Shown here: positions 1 through 9,597 of the stretch, piece after piece | Numbering within the stretch: position 1 is the first letter of the stretch | How the letters are laid out: each line of letters starts with the position of its first letter | Source: Flavobacteriales bacterium UBA7690 | GTDB lineage: Bacteria > Bacteroidota > Bacteroidia > Flavobacteriales_F > PHOS-HE28 | Reading direction: 5' to 3' | DNA length: 64,000 bases | Assembly: GCA_002482775.1 (NCBI GenBank) | Contig: DLGQ01000039.1 | Span: forward strand, 66,182-130,181 | The notes under the pieces: generated by a model | Database searches by the model: none | What the model was told of the DNA's origin: nothing | The model's input: the letters and a program-made list of their open reading frames with translations, nothing else | Translations under genes and position numbers: made by a program

Positions 1-109
1 CAAGCGCCGCGGTGATGCCGAGAACTTCCAAGACTTCCTGGTCCAAGGCGCTGCTTCCGACCTCGGCTTGGAAGCGATCGCGTAGCCCGTTCGTTCCTTC
101 CAACGGCAT
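1..109 (-). CDS. 5' end of an unidentified gene running off the left window edge (partial)
   Basis: ATG at 109..107 opens a frame that stays open to base 1 (MPLEGTNGLRDRFQAEVGSSALDQEVLEVLGITAAL...). It is divergent from the 188..994 gene. Only 36 codons are visible and there is no recognisable motif. Confidence 0.25.
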   Translation of the reverse strand, partial: MPLEGTNGLRDRFQAEVGSSALDQEVLEVLGITAAL

Positions 110-187
110 GGTTCGGCGCAGGAAGGACACCTTTTCGGTGGAAAGCCGTCTTCCTTCCGACCTTTACAACGCGATGTCCAAAACCGT

Positions 188-994
188 ATGATCGATCTGG
201 TACCCACGGCAGGGCTGTGCAACCGCATGCGGACCATTGATGCCGCACTTACGCTGGCGGAGCGGCTCCAGCGCCCGTTGCGCATACACTGGATGCCGAA
301 CAAGGACGCGCAATGCCGGTTCAGCGACCTCTTCCAACCGATCCCCGGCGTGCGTGTGGTGGAAGGAATGCGCAGAGCATCGCGACTGGCCGTGCGCTTC
401 GGCAAACGCCATGAACTGATGGAGAGGGTGGGCAAATTGACCAGCACCACCTACTACAACTGGGACGAGAACCAACGGCTGGAACACGATGCCGCTGCGT
501 TGACGCCCATCGCCCGCCGACGCCACACGCACATCATCAGCTACTGGCGCTTCCTGGATCGGCCGGACAAGTTCACCGCGTTCAAACCACTACCTGCCCT
601 GCAACAGCGGATCGATGAGGCCACTGCATCGTTCGACAGCCACACCATCGGGGTACACATCCGGCGATCGGACAACGAGAAGGCCATCGCCACCAGCCCC
701 ACACACCTCTTCGAACAAGCCATGCAACAGGCGATCGATGCGGATGGCGCAACACGCTTCTACCTCGCCACGGATTCCCAGGAGACGAAGGCGCTCATGC
801 GGGCACGCTTCGGCGATCGCATCATGACCTCCGAGGACCACGCTGAACGCACCAGTGTCGCAGGCATGGAACACGCGTTGGTGGAGCTCTATACCTTGGC
901 CCGCACTTCCCGCTTGTTCGGTTCGTTCTTCAGTTCGTACTCTCGCACCGCCGCCGAGATCGGGCGCATCGAGGAAGTGACCATCAAGCTTTGA
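188..994 (+). CDS. putative glycosyltransferase, fucosyltransferase-superfamily-like
   Basis: 268-aa ORF. GVHIRRSDN (HxRRxD-type motif) and the C-terminal LFGSFFSSYS segment resemble the motifs shared by GT11/GT23/GT65-type fucosyltransferases. First gene of a glycan locus. Family call is from motif memory only. Confidence 0.55.
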   Translation: MIDLVPTAGLCNRMRTIDAALTLAERLQRPLRIHWMPNKDAQCRFSDLFQPIPGVRVVEGMRRASRLAVRFGKRHELMERVGKLTSTTYYNWDENQRLEHDAAALTPIARRRHTHIISYWRFLDRPDKFTAFKPLPALQQRIDEATASFDSHTIGVHIRRSDNEKAIATSPTHLFEQAMQQAIDADGATRFYLATDSQETKALMRARFGDRIMTSEDHAERTSVAGMEHALVELYTLARTSRLFGSFFSSYSRTAAEIGRIEEVTIKL

Positions 995-1013
995 CCGACC
1001 AACCCCATCGCCC

Positions 1014-1799
1014 ATGAACCGCTCCACCCTGAAACGCGTCGCCAATGCCATCGTGGGCGAGACCGCAGCCTACAAGCTTGCTCGCTTGGTCGAGAAAAAG
1101 GACCCGAAAGAGGTGGAAGCGGATCTTGCCCGCCAACGGTTCTATGGCACCTTCGTGAAGAAAGGAGACCTCTGCTTCGATGTGGGCGCCAACGTTGGCA
1201 ACCGTGTAGGGCCGCTCTTGAGCGTGGGTGCGCGAGTGGTGGCCGTGGAGCCCCAGCCGGGCTGCCAACGGGTGTTGCGCCTGCGCTTCGGCAAACGCAT
1301 CACCGTGGTGCCCAAAGGCCTGGCGACGAAAGAAGGCACCATGCAAATGCACCTCTCGGAGAACCATGTGCTCTCCTCCTTCTCCAAGGAATGGATCGAT
1401 GCGGTGAAGAGCGCACGGTTCAACAACACCAATTGGGACAAGACCATCACCGTTCCAATGACCACCTTGGATACGTTGATCGCGGAGCATGGGCGGCCGC
1501 ATTTCATCAAGATCGATGTGGAAGGTTTCGAGACCGAAGTACTGGGCGGACTGACGAGCCCCGTGCCTTGGATCAGTTTCGAGTACACCGTGCCGGAGCA
1601 ATCGGACAAGGCCGTAGCGTGCGTGGAGATCATCCACCGCAACGACCCTTCTGCACGCTTCAACTACAGCAAGGGAGAGAGCATGGTGGTGGCCTTGGAC
1701 CAGTGGATGTCCGCTGCGGAAATGATCACCCACATCACCGGCGACGTGTTCCGGAGCTCGGGCTTCGGAGACATCTACGCCCGGGGCGCGGGACATTGA
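1014..1799 (+). CDS. FkbM-family SAM-dependent methyltransferase
   Basis: FDVGANVGNRVG SAM-binding loop and HFIKIDVEGFETEVLGG, the characteristic FkbM-family block. Confidence 0.85.
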   Translation: MNRSTLKRVANAIVGETAAYKLARLVEKKDPKEVEADLARQRFYGTFVKKGDLCFDVGANVGNRVGPLLSVGARVVAVEPQPGCQRVLRLRFGKRITVVPKGLATKEGTMQMHLSENHVLSSFSKEWIDAVKSARFNNTNWDKTITVPMTTLDTLIAEHGRPHFIKIDVEGFETEVLGGLTSPVPWISFEYTVPEQSDKAVACVEIIHRNDPSARFNYSKGESMVVALDQWMSAAEMITHITGDVFRSSGFGDIYARGAGH

Positions 1800-1826
1800 A
1801 CAACACTACTGCTGGACCAAGCCGTC

Positions 1827-3746
1827 CTAGGCTTTTTCTGCCAGCACCTCGTCGTAGACCTTGATCATGGCCCGGGCGACGTTGTCCTGCGAATAGCGCG
1901 CACCGGCCGCTGCGGCAATGGCCGTGCGGTCGAAGGTCACTTCGCCACGAACGATCCGGGTCAACGCATCGGCGAACGCCTGCACATCGCCCGGCGCGCA
2001 CAGGATACCGTTGGTATGATCTATCAATTCGGGCACACCCCCTACCGCGTGGCTCAAAACCGGCGTGCCACTGGCCAAACTTTCGATGATGATGCACGGC
2101 AGATTCTCCGTCTTCGTCGGATGCACCAACAAGTGCGCATGACCTAGGAAATGCGCGATCTCCGGCTTCAACTGGTAGCCGCGGAAGTTGACCTTCACCT
2201 TGCCCTCCAACGCGCGCGCGTGCACCTTGATCTTCTCCATGGGTTCGCCATCCCCGATCCAATCGACCTCAAGCGAAGCCGCTACATCCGAAGGCAACAG
2301 GTGCAACGCATCCAAGAACAACAGCGGATCCTTCAGCCAAGACCACCGGGCGGCCAGGACGATCCTGAACGGCGCAGGTGCTGCCAAATCCATGGGGCGG
2401 AACAAGGGTGATGCCACGTTGGGTACTACAGCGATCTGCTCCTGGCGAACACCGTATTCGGAGACCAACGTATGGGCCAGGTCGTGGGAGACCGGCAAGA
2501 CCCGCTTGATGGACTTGTGGGCGAACCAACGACGGATGCCCTCGCGCAACACGGCCGGGTCGCCGAGCTGCCCACTGTTTATACCGATGCGGTAAAAGGA
2601 ACTATGCTCCGTAACCACGACAGGAAGGCCAAGTGAAGCGGCTACCGGGGGGAAGCAGGCGGTGCTATCGGTGCGAACATGCACATGGGCGATGCGGAAG
2701 GCGTAGCGTGCGGAAAGATCTTCCACGATGCGGCGGTAGTAGCGGCGCACCAAAGCGTCATGTACGCCAAAACGCCGAACGGGTGTGCGGATGATGGCCT
2801 CGCAGACGACCACCTCCCCATCACGCGATTCCACGAACGACACGCCCGGAGAGCTCCCCTTTTCCACCACCACGCGCACCACCACCACTTTGCGATGCCG
2901 GGCCAAGGCCTGTGCATGCTCCCAGACGTAAACCCCGTTGTGCGGATTTCCCGGCAAGGGCCACCAATCAACAATGAAAAGCACAGCGTCTTGCTTGGTT
3001 CCCGGGTTCTGCACGGTGGCGCCACCACCGACCAAGCGGGAGAACCGACCGGCCATCGTCCGCTTGGGTCGCTTCAGTTTCACGGGAAGGTCCGTGTCGT
3101 AACGATCGATGAACAGCACAGCCGCATCGTTGCTGTTCTCCAACCACAGGCCATAGTGCTCCACGAAACGCAGGTACAGACCCGCGTTAGAAAGCTTGGG
3201 CGCCAATTCTGCCAAGTGGATCTGCTGGTCGATGACCTGCAAACGCTCCGGATGGTGCTGCTGAAGCCAATGGATGTGCTGTGGCGAAGGGATATGCACC
3301 ACGATGGTGCCTCCCGGGGCAAGCAAAGACGCCAACTTCTTGAACAGCTCACCGTGGTGATCCAACGGGATATGCTCCAGCACATCGGGCAGTACGATCA
3401 GGTCGAAAGCCCCGTCAACTTCCAGCGCCACGATATCGCCCACCACGAAATCCACGTTCTGATGGCCCTTCAACCGCTGCCTAGCCGCCTGAACGCTTCG
3501 CGGGCTGATGTCGTTCGCCAAGAGGGTCCCGGTGGTCACCACTTGAGCGATCAGTTCTGTTTGGGTGCCTACCCCACATCCGATCTCCAGCACGCGCGAG
3601 CCCGCATGCATGCCTGCCTTCCGCAGCCACACCATGATGCTACGGTGGCGCTCGTTGACCCCAATGGCCACCTGCTGATCCACGTATTCATCATAGAACC
3701 GCTCCACCTCTGAAGGCGCGGCCGGTGTTGGTCGGGTCGGTTCCAT
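1827..3746 (-). CDS. fusion protein: N-terminal class I SAM methyltransferase + C-terminal GT4/GT1-type glycosyltransferase
   Basis: 639 aa. N-terminal part has VLEIGCGVGTQT and DLIVLPDVLEHIP (methyltransferase motifs I and post-II). C-terminal part has HLLVHPTKTENLPCIIIESLASGTPVLSHAVGGVPELI (GT-B E-x7-E region). Confidence 0.85.
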   Translation of the reverse strand: MEPTRPTPAAPSEVERFYDEYVDQQVAIGVNERHRSIMVWLRKAGMHAGSRVLEIGCGVGTQTELIAQVVTTGTLLANDISPRSVQAARQRLKGHQNVDFVVGDIVALEVDGAFDLIVLPDVLEHIPLDHHGELFKKLASLLAPGGTIVVHIPSPQHIHWLQQHHPERLQVIDQQIHLAELAPKLSNAGLYLRFVEHYGLWLENSNDAAVLFIDRYDTDLPVKLKRPKRTMAGRFSRLVGGGATVQNPGTKQDAVLFIVDWWPLPGNPHNGVYVWEHAQALARHRKVVVVRVVVEKGSSPGVSFVESRDGEVVVCEAIIRTPVRRFGVHDALVRRYYRRIVEDLSARYAFRIAHVHVRTDSTACFPPVAASLGLPVVVTEHSSFYRIGINSGQLGDPAVLREGIRRWFAHKSIKRVLPVSHDLAHTLVSEYGVRQEQIAVVPNVASPLFRPMDLAAPAPFRIVLAARWSWLKDPLLFLDALHLLPSDVAASLEVDWIGDGEPMEKIKVHARALEGKVKVNFRGYQLKPEIAHFLGHAHLLVHPTKTENLPCIIIESLASGTPVLSHAVGGVPELIDHTNGILCAPGDVQAFADALTRIVRGEVTFDRTAIAAAAGARYSQDNVARAMIKVYDEVLAEKA

Positions 3747-3771
3747 TGATCGCTAGGTCGACGTCCGGTGG

Positions 3772-5079
3772 CTAACTCCGCCAGAGGCGTCCGATATCCG
3801 CCGGAAGCAGGATGAAATAATTCGCCATGGGTATCCGGAGCCTGTAGGTTACGGCCCATAGGACCACCGCGAACACCACAAAGTTAGCTACCGCCGATGT
3901 GACGGAAGCACCAAGGAGGCCATGCTCCGGAATGAGCCATAGATCCATCCAGACCGTGCAGGCCAGGCCCAATAGGGATGCAGCCAGATTGTAGATGAGC
4001 TTACCACTGCGAATGACCAACAGCGCCAGAAGCTTCGTGGCACTACCGAAAAGCACGCCGGGCAGAAGCAGCTGGAACGCTCGCACGGACCCCGTGAACG
4101 CTTCTCCGTACAACAACGGCAGCAACCAGCTAGAAAGGGGCACGGCCACGATGCCGCCCAAGAACACCAAGGTGAACACCAACCGGGAATAAAGCACGAA
4201 CTTGGGCAGTACCGTTCCCAGCTCCTCTTTGATCAGGTGCGGGTTGAGCACCTGCACCACCGCGTTGGGCACCATGAAGAAGAGTTGGATCGTACCCACG
4301 GCCACCGCGTAAAGGCCGAGTTCGGACATTCCCTTGAACTCGCTCAAGAACCACACGTCCATGCGGTAATGCAATTGGTGGACAAGGCTAGAGACATATC
4401 CCAATGCGGAGAAGACGAGCATGCTGCGCAACAGTGGCCCATCCCATACGAAGCGAGGCCATACACCCACCAGCGCCACATAACAGACCAACCAGGCGAT
4501 CGCCAAGGCACATTGGGAAAAGATCGCGATGTACAAGACCGGTTCGATGTTCCCGGCGCCTCCCTGGCCACTCACGGCCAAAAGCCCACCATACAAGCTC
4601 ACCAGCAAGATGGCTGATACCAGGTTCATCCGGTTCACCACTTTGAACTTGCGCAAACCGATGAACAAGGAAACCACCCAACCTTGGAAAACAGCATACA
4701 GGATGGCCCAGGCGAGATAGATGAGATACAGCCGCCGACCACCTGTGCCGGGTAGCAGCAGATCCAGCCCGATGACACCGCTGAACGCGAGCCCTACGAG
4801 ACCCAGTACCACGATGGCCCCCAACAACAGCATCGAGAGAGAGGCACCGATGATCCGCTCGCGCGCATACTCCCCTTTGGATAGCAGGTACACCAAGGTG
4901 ACCGGTATGTTGAACGACAGTAAGAAGGTCAACACCGTCACATCGGCCTGCAACAACGAGTAGATCCCACGCCCTTCTTCTTCCAGTATCCGGGTGATGC
5001 ATAACCCTGTGAAAAAGCTCATCACCACGGTGGAGACCAAGGTGGAAAAGCTGGCTAGTATACTGTTGCGAAGCGTCAT
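3772..5079 (-). CDS. polysaccharide/oligosaccharide flippase (Wzx-like, MOP superfamily)
   Basis: 435 aa, hydrophobic throughout with about 12 helix-length segments. Located in a glycan locus, 25 nt upstream of the next gene on the same strand. Confidence 0.75.
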   Translation of the reverse strand: MTLRNSILASFSTLVSTVVMSFFTGLCITRILEEEGRGIYSLLQADVTVLTFLLSFNIPVTLVYLLSKGEYARERIIGASLSMLLLGAIVVLGLVGLAFSGVIGLDLLLPGTGGRRLYLIYLAWAILYAVFQGWVVSLFIGLRKFKVVNRMNLVSAILLVSLYGGLLAVSGQGGAGNIEPVLYIAIFSQCALAIAWLVCYVALVGVWPRFVWDGPLLRSMLVFSALGYVSSLVHQLHYRMDVWFLSEFKGMSELGLYAVAVGTIQLFFMVPNAVVQVLNPHLIKEELGTVLPKFVLYSRLVFTLVFLGGIVAVPLSSWLLPLLYGEAFTGSVRAFQLLLPGVLFGSATKLLALLVIRSGKLIYNLAASLLGLACTVWMDLWLIPEHGLLGASVTSAVANFVVFAVVLWAVTYRLRIPMANYFILLPADIGRLWRS

Positions 5080-5466
5080 GCTCGATCACCTGCGGACATG
5101 ACCGTTCCCCGGATCGATGTGGCCGGATCAAGCACCGGTGTCCAACCATGTGCCCGGCGAAATTACAAATGACCGAACACCGGGAAGCGCACCGGGATCG
5201 ATCGATGAACGATCGCCATGTAAAACCCCGCACCGGTCCACATATCACTGGATCTCCGGCATACGGCCGATCCAACCCTTTCTGCGCCCCAACACCCCAC
5301 ACCTCCATATCACCGGTGTGAGTGGCCCGTAGTTACATGGCCAGGGTAATATTGAACACTGCTCCCGAAGAACATCCGCAATTGCCATATACACTGGCGA
5401 GTGCCTTGTGCAGCCTGCCCAGTGCGTCCTCAATGCTACATTGCGCTTCTGAACCGCCGCGCAACC
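5080..5466. promoter_or_regulatory. 387-bp divergent intergenic region (expected promoters for 3772..5079 operon and 5467..6213)
   Basis: Largest non-coding gap in locus 1, lying between divergently oriented genes. I could only find one-mismatch matches to the Bacteroidota TAnnTTTG -7 box (e.g. TAATATTG at 5346..5353), so no specific promoter is called. Confidence 0.3.
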
Positions 5467-6213
5467 ATGTCAACCTTGCTGGATAAATTGTTGCTGCATG
5501 CTTCCAAGTATGCCCCATTCTCGCATAAGCAGAAATGGCGGATCGGCATGCGTGACGAGATCAGCTTCTGGGACCAGCACATCGCCAAGAACTATGTGCC
5601 GCGGAATGGCCAATTCCCCAGCACAGAAGGCCAAGCCCGCACCGCGCCCGACACGCCTCTCCAAGACACGTTCGTGCAACTCTTGGCCTGGACGAACGAC
5701 CCTGTGCTCCGCATACTGGATGTTGGCTCCGGACCGTTCACCCGGGTTGGCAAGACCATGCCCGGGCGCACGCTGGAAGTCACCGCTGTGGATCCACTGA
5801 GCGAAGAGTACAAGAAGCTGTTCACCAAACATGCCGTACGCCCACCGGTGATCCCTATCGAAGGAGCCGGTGAAACGCTGCACCAACTCTTTCCTGCGGA
5901 CCACTTCCATTTCGCCCATGCCAATAACTGCTTGGACCATGGTTTCGATCCCGTGGAATCAGTCTCACAAATGGTCCAGGTCGTAAGACCCGGCGGGTAT
6001 GTCTACCTGCGCCATGAGGTGAACGTGGCCGAAACAGCGGGCTACATGGGCATGCACCAGTGGAACTTCCTCTTGGATGCTAACGGCGATTTCATCATCC
6101 GCGATAAGAAACGGGTGGTCAACATGAACAAGCACTTGGGACGTGGCGTCCGGATCACTTCACAGCATGAAGGTGATTTCCTTGTCACCACGATCCATCG
6201 AGCCCCGCAGTGA
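5467..6213 (+). CDS. class I SAM-dependent methyltransferase
   Basis: ILDVGSGPFT (motif I) and VRPGGYVYL. Start placed at MSTLLDK (5467); the ORF opens at 5401. Confidence 0.75.
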   Translation: MSTLLDKLLLHASKYAPFSHKQKWRIGMRDEISFWDQHIAKNYVPRNGQFPSTEGQARTAPDTPLQDTFVQLLAWTNDPVLRILDVGSGPFTRVGKTMPGRTLEVTAVDPLSEEYKKLFTKHAVRPPVIPIEGAGETLHQLFPADHFHFAHANNCLDHGFDPVESVSQMVQVVRPGGYVYLRHEVNVAETAGYMGMHQWNFLLDANGDFIIRDKKRVVNMNKHLGRGVRITSQHEGDFLVTTIHRAPQ

Positions 6214-6233
6214 CATTCGCCTGAGCAAAGCAG

Positions 6234-7562
6234 ATGGCCAAGGATCACGCAACAGGCATACCTCTCCCCAGTGTACTTATCGCGTGTACACACTTCCCGC
6301 CGATGAACGCTACGGGGGCTCGGCGCCCCTACTATTTAGCGGTTCACCTGGCAGCACACGGCCATCGCGTAACGGTGCTCACCACCGCACCAACCGGACC
6401 GCCCATGTGGTCGCCGCCATTGGAAGGCATTACCGTGGTGTACCGTCCCCGCTCGGTGACCCAACGTGATCTGGGCTGGTTCCAACGCTTTATAACGAAG
6501 ACGCATCACCGGGCACCACCCGGCCTCTGGAAGCGTATGCTCGGCTTCCTGGGTGATATGATCCTGCCCGTTCACCACCACATGCGCTGGGATGTGACCC
6601 CCGATGAACTGGAGCAGCTTTGCGGCCGAAGTGATGTGGTACTCGCATCGGGGCCGGCATGGGCAGCAGTGCAGACAGCAGCGGACATCGCAAAGGCTTG
6701 GAACGCGACGTTCCTCGTGGATCAGCGCGACCCCTGGAACACGGTGATCCCCGGAGTCTCATTGCGCTGCCTGAACTGGCATGGGGACGGTATCACCGGG
6801 TATTTCCGCAGTAAACGGATGTTGCGCTTGGAAGAGCGTATCCTTGATCAGGCGCATGGCATCACCGCTGCCAGCCCCGCCTACCTCCAGAACGCACTGA
6901 CGATCTCTCCGCATGACCACAGCTTGACAGTGCTCAATGGGATGGTATCCCCTGTGCGGACGGATAGGAAGCCCTTGAAGGGGCGCTTCACCTTGTTCTA
7001 TGCCGGAAGGTTATACGAAGAGCAGGCGTGGCAGGCGGTGATCCAGGTCTTCGATGACATCCATGTGCATCATCCGGACATCGCCTCCGAACTTCAGCTC
7101 CATGTTCTCGGTGGCATCAGCGATACACCGGCCATCGGCGCTGCACTGAAAGCCTGTGGCGCGCGTACTGGAATGATCCATGTGGTGCCTGATGTGGGGC
7201 GAGATACGTTGGCCGAAGTAGCGGGCAAGGCGAACCTTTTGCTCTCGCTGATCTGCGAAGGGAATACCGGACAGATCCCGCTGAAGCTCGTGGACTACCT
7301 CTCCTTTGGAAGGCCTACCTTGCTTTTCGGGGAAACCAAGGGTATCCAACACGAGATCCTCGAGCGGACCTGTACCGGGATCATGGTGAAGGACGCACCT
7401 GACCTGAAGGCTTTCCTGATCAATGCCGTTGAAAAGTGGCAAGCCGGGATCGATATCCCCTATGATCCGGACCAGGAGGCCCTGCGCGAATGGAGCAACG
7501 AGGTACAAGTGCGTAAGTGGCGGCAATGGATCATCGAAGTGGACCGTTCACGCCGGGCCTGA
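6234..7562 (+). CDS. glycosyltransferase (GT-B fold, GT4-like)
   Basis: 442 aa. The N-terminal VLIACTHFPPMNATGARRPYYLAVHLAAHGHRVTVLTT is typical of GT4 N-domains. Lies in the glycan locus. Confidence 0.7.
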   Translation: MAKDHATGIPLPSVLIACTHFPPMNATGARRPYYLAVHLAAHGHRVTVLTTAPTGPPMWSPPLEGITVVYRPRSVTQRDLGWFQRFITKTHHRAPPGLWKRMLGFLGDMILPVHHHMRWDVTPDELEQLCGRSDVVLASGPAWAAVQTAADIAKAWNATFLVDQRDPWNTVIPGVSLRCLNWHGDGITGYFRSKRMLRLEERILDQAHGITAASPAYLQNALTISPHDHSLTVLNGMVSPVRTDRKPLKGRFTLFYAGRLYEEQAWQAVIQVFDDIHVHHPDIASELQLHVLGGISDTPAIGAALKACGARTGMIHVVPDVGRDTLAEVAGKANLLLSLICEGNTGQIPLKLVDYLSFGRPTLLFGETKGIQHEILERTCTGIMVKDAPDLKAFLINAVEKWQAGIDIPYDPDQEALREWSNEVQVRKWRQWIIEVDRSRRA

Positions 7563-7567
7563 ATCAG

Positions 7568-8431
7568 ATGGCGAAGCCACCGCTGATCTCCATCATCATG
7601 CCGGCCTTGAACGCCTCGGCGTTCATCGCCGAAGCGATCGATTCGGTCCTTACGCAAAGCTGGACGGAATGGGAACTACTGGTGGTGGATAACGGCAGTA
7701 CCGACGATACCACGGCCATTGTGCGTGCTTACACGGACCCGAGGATCACACTGCTCCATTGCGGCACACGTGGTGTGAGCCTTGCGCGCAACCAGGCGCT
7801 GCAGCAGATGCGAGGCGAGTTCTATTGCTTTTTGGATGCGGACGATATCCTGCCGGCATCAAGCCTAGCCGACCGCGCTACTCTGCTCGTGAACAACGCA
7901 TCGGTCTTCTTCGCTGATGGCGCTATGCGCGCCTTTAAAACGAACGATCCTTGCGTTTGGGAACGAACACCAACGTACCGGGGTCCTGCCCCGTTGCAAC
8001 AGCTCTTCAGCATTACAGGGGCTTGTTTCCTCGGTCCCACATGGATGATCCGGCGTACCGCAGGACCAGTACCCTTGTTCCGCACCGATATGACCCATGC
8101 CGAAGACCTGCTCTACTACATGAGCATCGCGCACCATGGTGCATATGACCATGTTCCACATCCCGTGCTCCATTACCGCGTGGGCACCGCCTCGGCCATG
8201 TCCGACCTGGATGGACTTCACCGGGGTTATAGGCAGTTGATGCGGGCCATGCATGACCTGCCGATACCGCCGGACGAGGCGACCCTTCAACAGGCGTGGG
8301 CGCGCATCCGTAGCATCATGTTCAAGAGCTATCTCAAGAAAGGCCGATTCCTTGCCGCTCTTTCCGCTTGGTTCGGATCACGACCGGACAGGCCTGCTCA
8401 ATCCACGGCAAAGCCGAACATTTCCTTGTAG
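7568..8431 (+). CDS. glycosyltransferase family 2
   Basis: SIIMPALNASAFIAEAIDSVLTQSWTEWELLVVDNGSTDDT and FLDADD (DxD) are GT-A/GT2 signatures. ATG is 6 nt after the preceding stop. Confidence 0.85.
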   Translation: MAKPPLISIIMPALNASAFIAEAIDSVLTQSWTEWELLVVDNGSTDDTTAIVRAYTDPRITLLHCGTRGVSLARNQALQQMRGEFYCFLDADDILPASSLADRATLLVNNASVFFADGAMRAFKTNDPCVWERTPTYRGPAPLQQLFSITGACFLGPTWMIRRTAGPVPLFRTDMTHAEDLLYYMSIAHHGAYDHVPHPVLHYRVGTASAMSDLDGLHRGYRQLMRAMHDLPIPPDEATLQQAWARIRSIMFKSYLKKGRFLAALSAWFGSRPDRPAQSTAKPNISL

Positions 8432-9597
8432 ACCAAGCGGGCCACACGGATGTCCCGGATCTCCCGGCACATCTGCATGATGCGTTCCCTGTGCCCTGGT
8501 GTGGCTACAAGAGCCTTCAAATGATCAACGGCCTGGTCCAGCTTTTCCGGCTTACCGGGATCGAAGATGGCCCCCGTCCAAGGTTTCTCCTGCACGATCC
8601 GGAAATCGTCCGAGACCCCGTGTGGCAACAGGATCGGCAAGCCGTTCGCCCAATACTCCCCATTCTTCACCGGACCGAAATACAGGCTCGATGGCGTGAT
8701 CCGGTGAAGCGAGAACGCGATGTCGGCCGCCGAGAGCCAATGCGGCACTTCCCCGTGGTCCACAGCACGCACCACGGCATGCTCCTGCGGAAAACCAGCG
8801 GCGCCCAACCAGCTCCGAACCTGTTGTTCCGGAACCACGGTGATGATGATCAACCTGAACTGCGGACCTACCAACTGGCGCACGCGCTCGAACAGATCGA
8901 ACGCCTCTCCTTCGTAGTACAACCCTCCGAACTTCCCTACGTAGATCCCCACCAGGGAATCCTGCCACCCCAGTTCGGCACGCAAAAGGTCGCGTTTTTC
9001 AGCGGAGAAGGCGAACCTCCCGATATCGGTGATCGACGGGATCACCTTGATACGGTCCGCAGGAACCCCTTCATCCATCAACTGCGCGCGGTAGTTCTCC
9101 GTCACGGTAACGATGGCACGGGCATGGTCCTTCTGCTTGCGCTCCAACCACCTTGCTACACGGTACGATATACCCCGTCGTCCCCACACTCCACAGTCCG
9201 CCATGTAATCCGAATGTGGCTCGAACGATTCCACTACATAGGGCACACCCGTGCGTTGGCTTACCAAGTGGGCCATGCCACCGGCGAGGGAGCCTTTCGC
9301 ATCGATCATGTCGATCCGATGGTCCTTCACCAATCGAACCAATTCGTTGATGCGACCGGTGAACTGGTCCAACTTCGAGAGCTGGTCGATGGCACGGTAC
9401 CGTGTAACGATAGGATGATGCACCACTTTGCGTAGTTCTCCCAACCCGGCAAGTGTGGTGGGTTCACCGCGTTCAACGGATGCGAACACCACTTTCTCCA
9501 TAGAGGGGTCGGCGACCATGATCCGCAAGTAGGGAAGAATGGTGGAGGAGGTGAGCGGTTCGTTGGCGCTCCAGAAACTGATGAACAGAAGTCTCAT
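8398..9597 (-). CDS. glycosyltransferase (GT-B fold, GT4/GT1-like)
   Basis: 399 aa, MRLLFISFWSANEPL... 4-nt overlap with the upstream gene 9594..11063. Its 3' end overlaps the convergent GT2 gene by 34 nt. Confidence 0.7.
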   Translation of the reverse strand: MRLLFISFWSANEPLTSSTILPYLRIMVADPSMEKVVFASVERGEPTTLAGLGELRKVVHHPIVTRYRAIDQLSKLDQFTGRINELVRLVKDHRIDMIDAKGSLAGGMAHLVSQRTGVPYVVESFEPHSDYMADCGVWGRRGISYRVARWLERKQKDHARAIVTVTENYRAQLMDEGVPADRIKVIPSITDIGRFAFSAEKRDLLRAELGWQDSLVGIYVGKFGGLYYEGEAFDLFERVRQLVGPQFRLIIITVVPEQQVRSWLGAAGFPQEHAVVRAVDHGEVPHWLSAADIAFSLHRITPSSLYFGPVKNGEYWANGLPILLPHGVSDDFRIVQEKPWTGAIFDPGKPEKLDQAVDHLKALVATPGHRERIMQMCREIRDIRVARLVYKEMFGFAVD

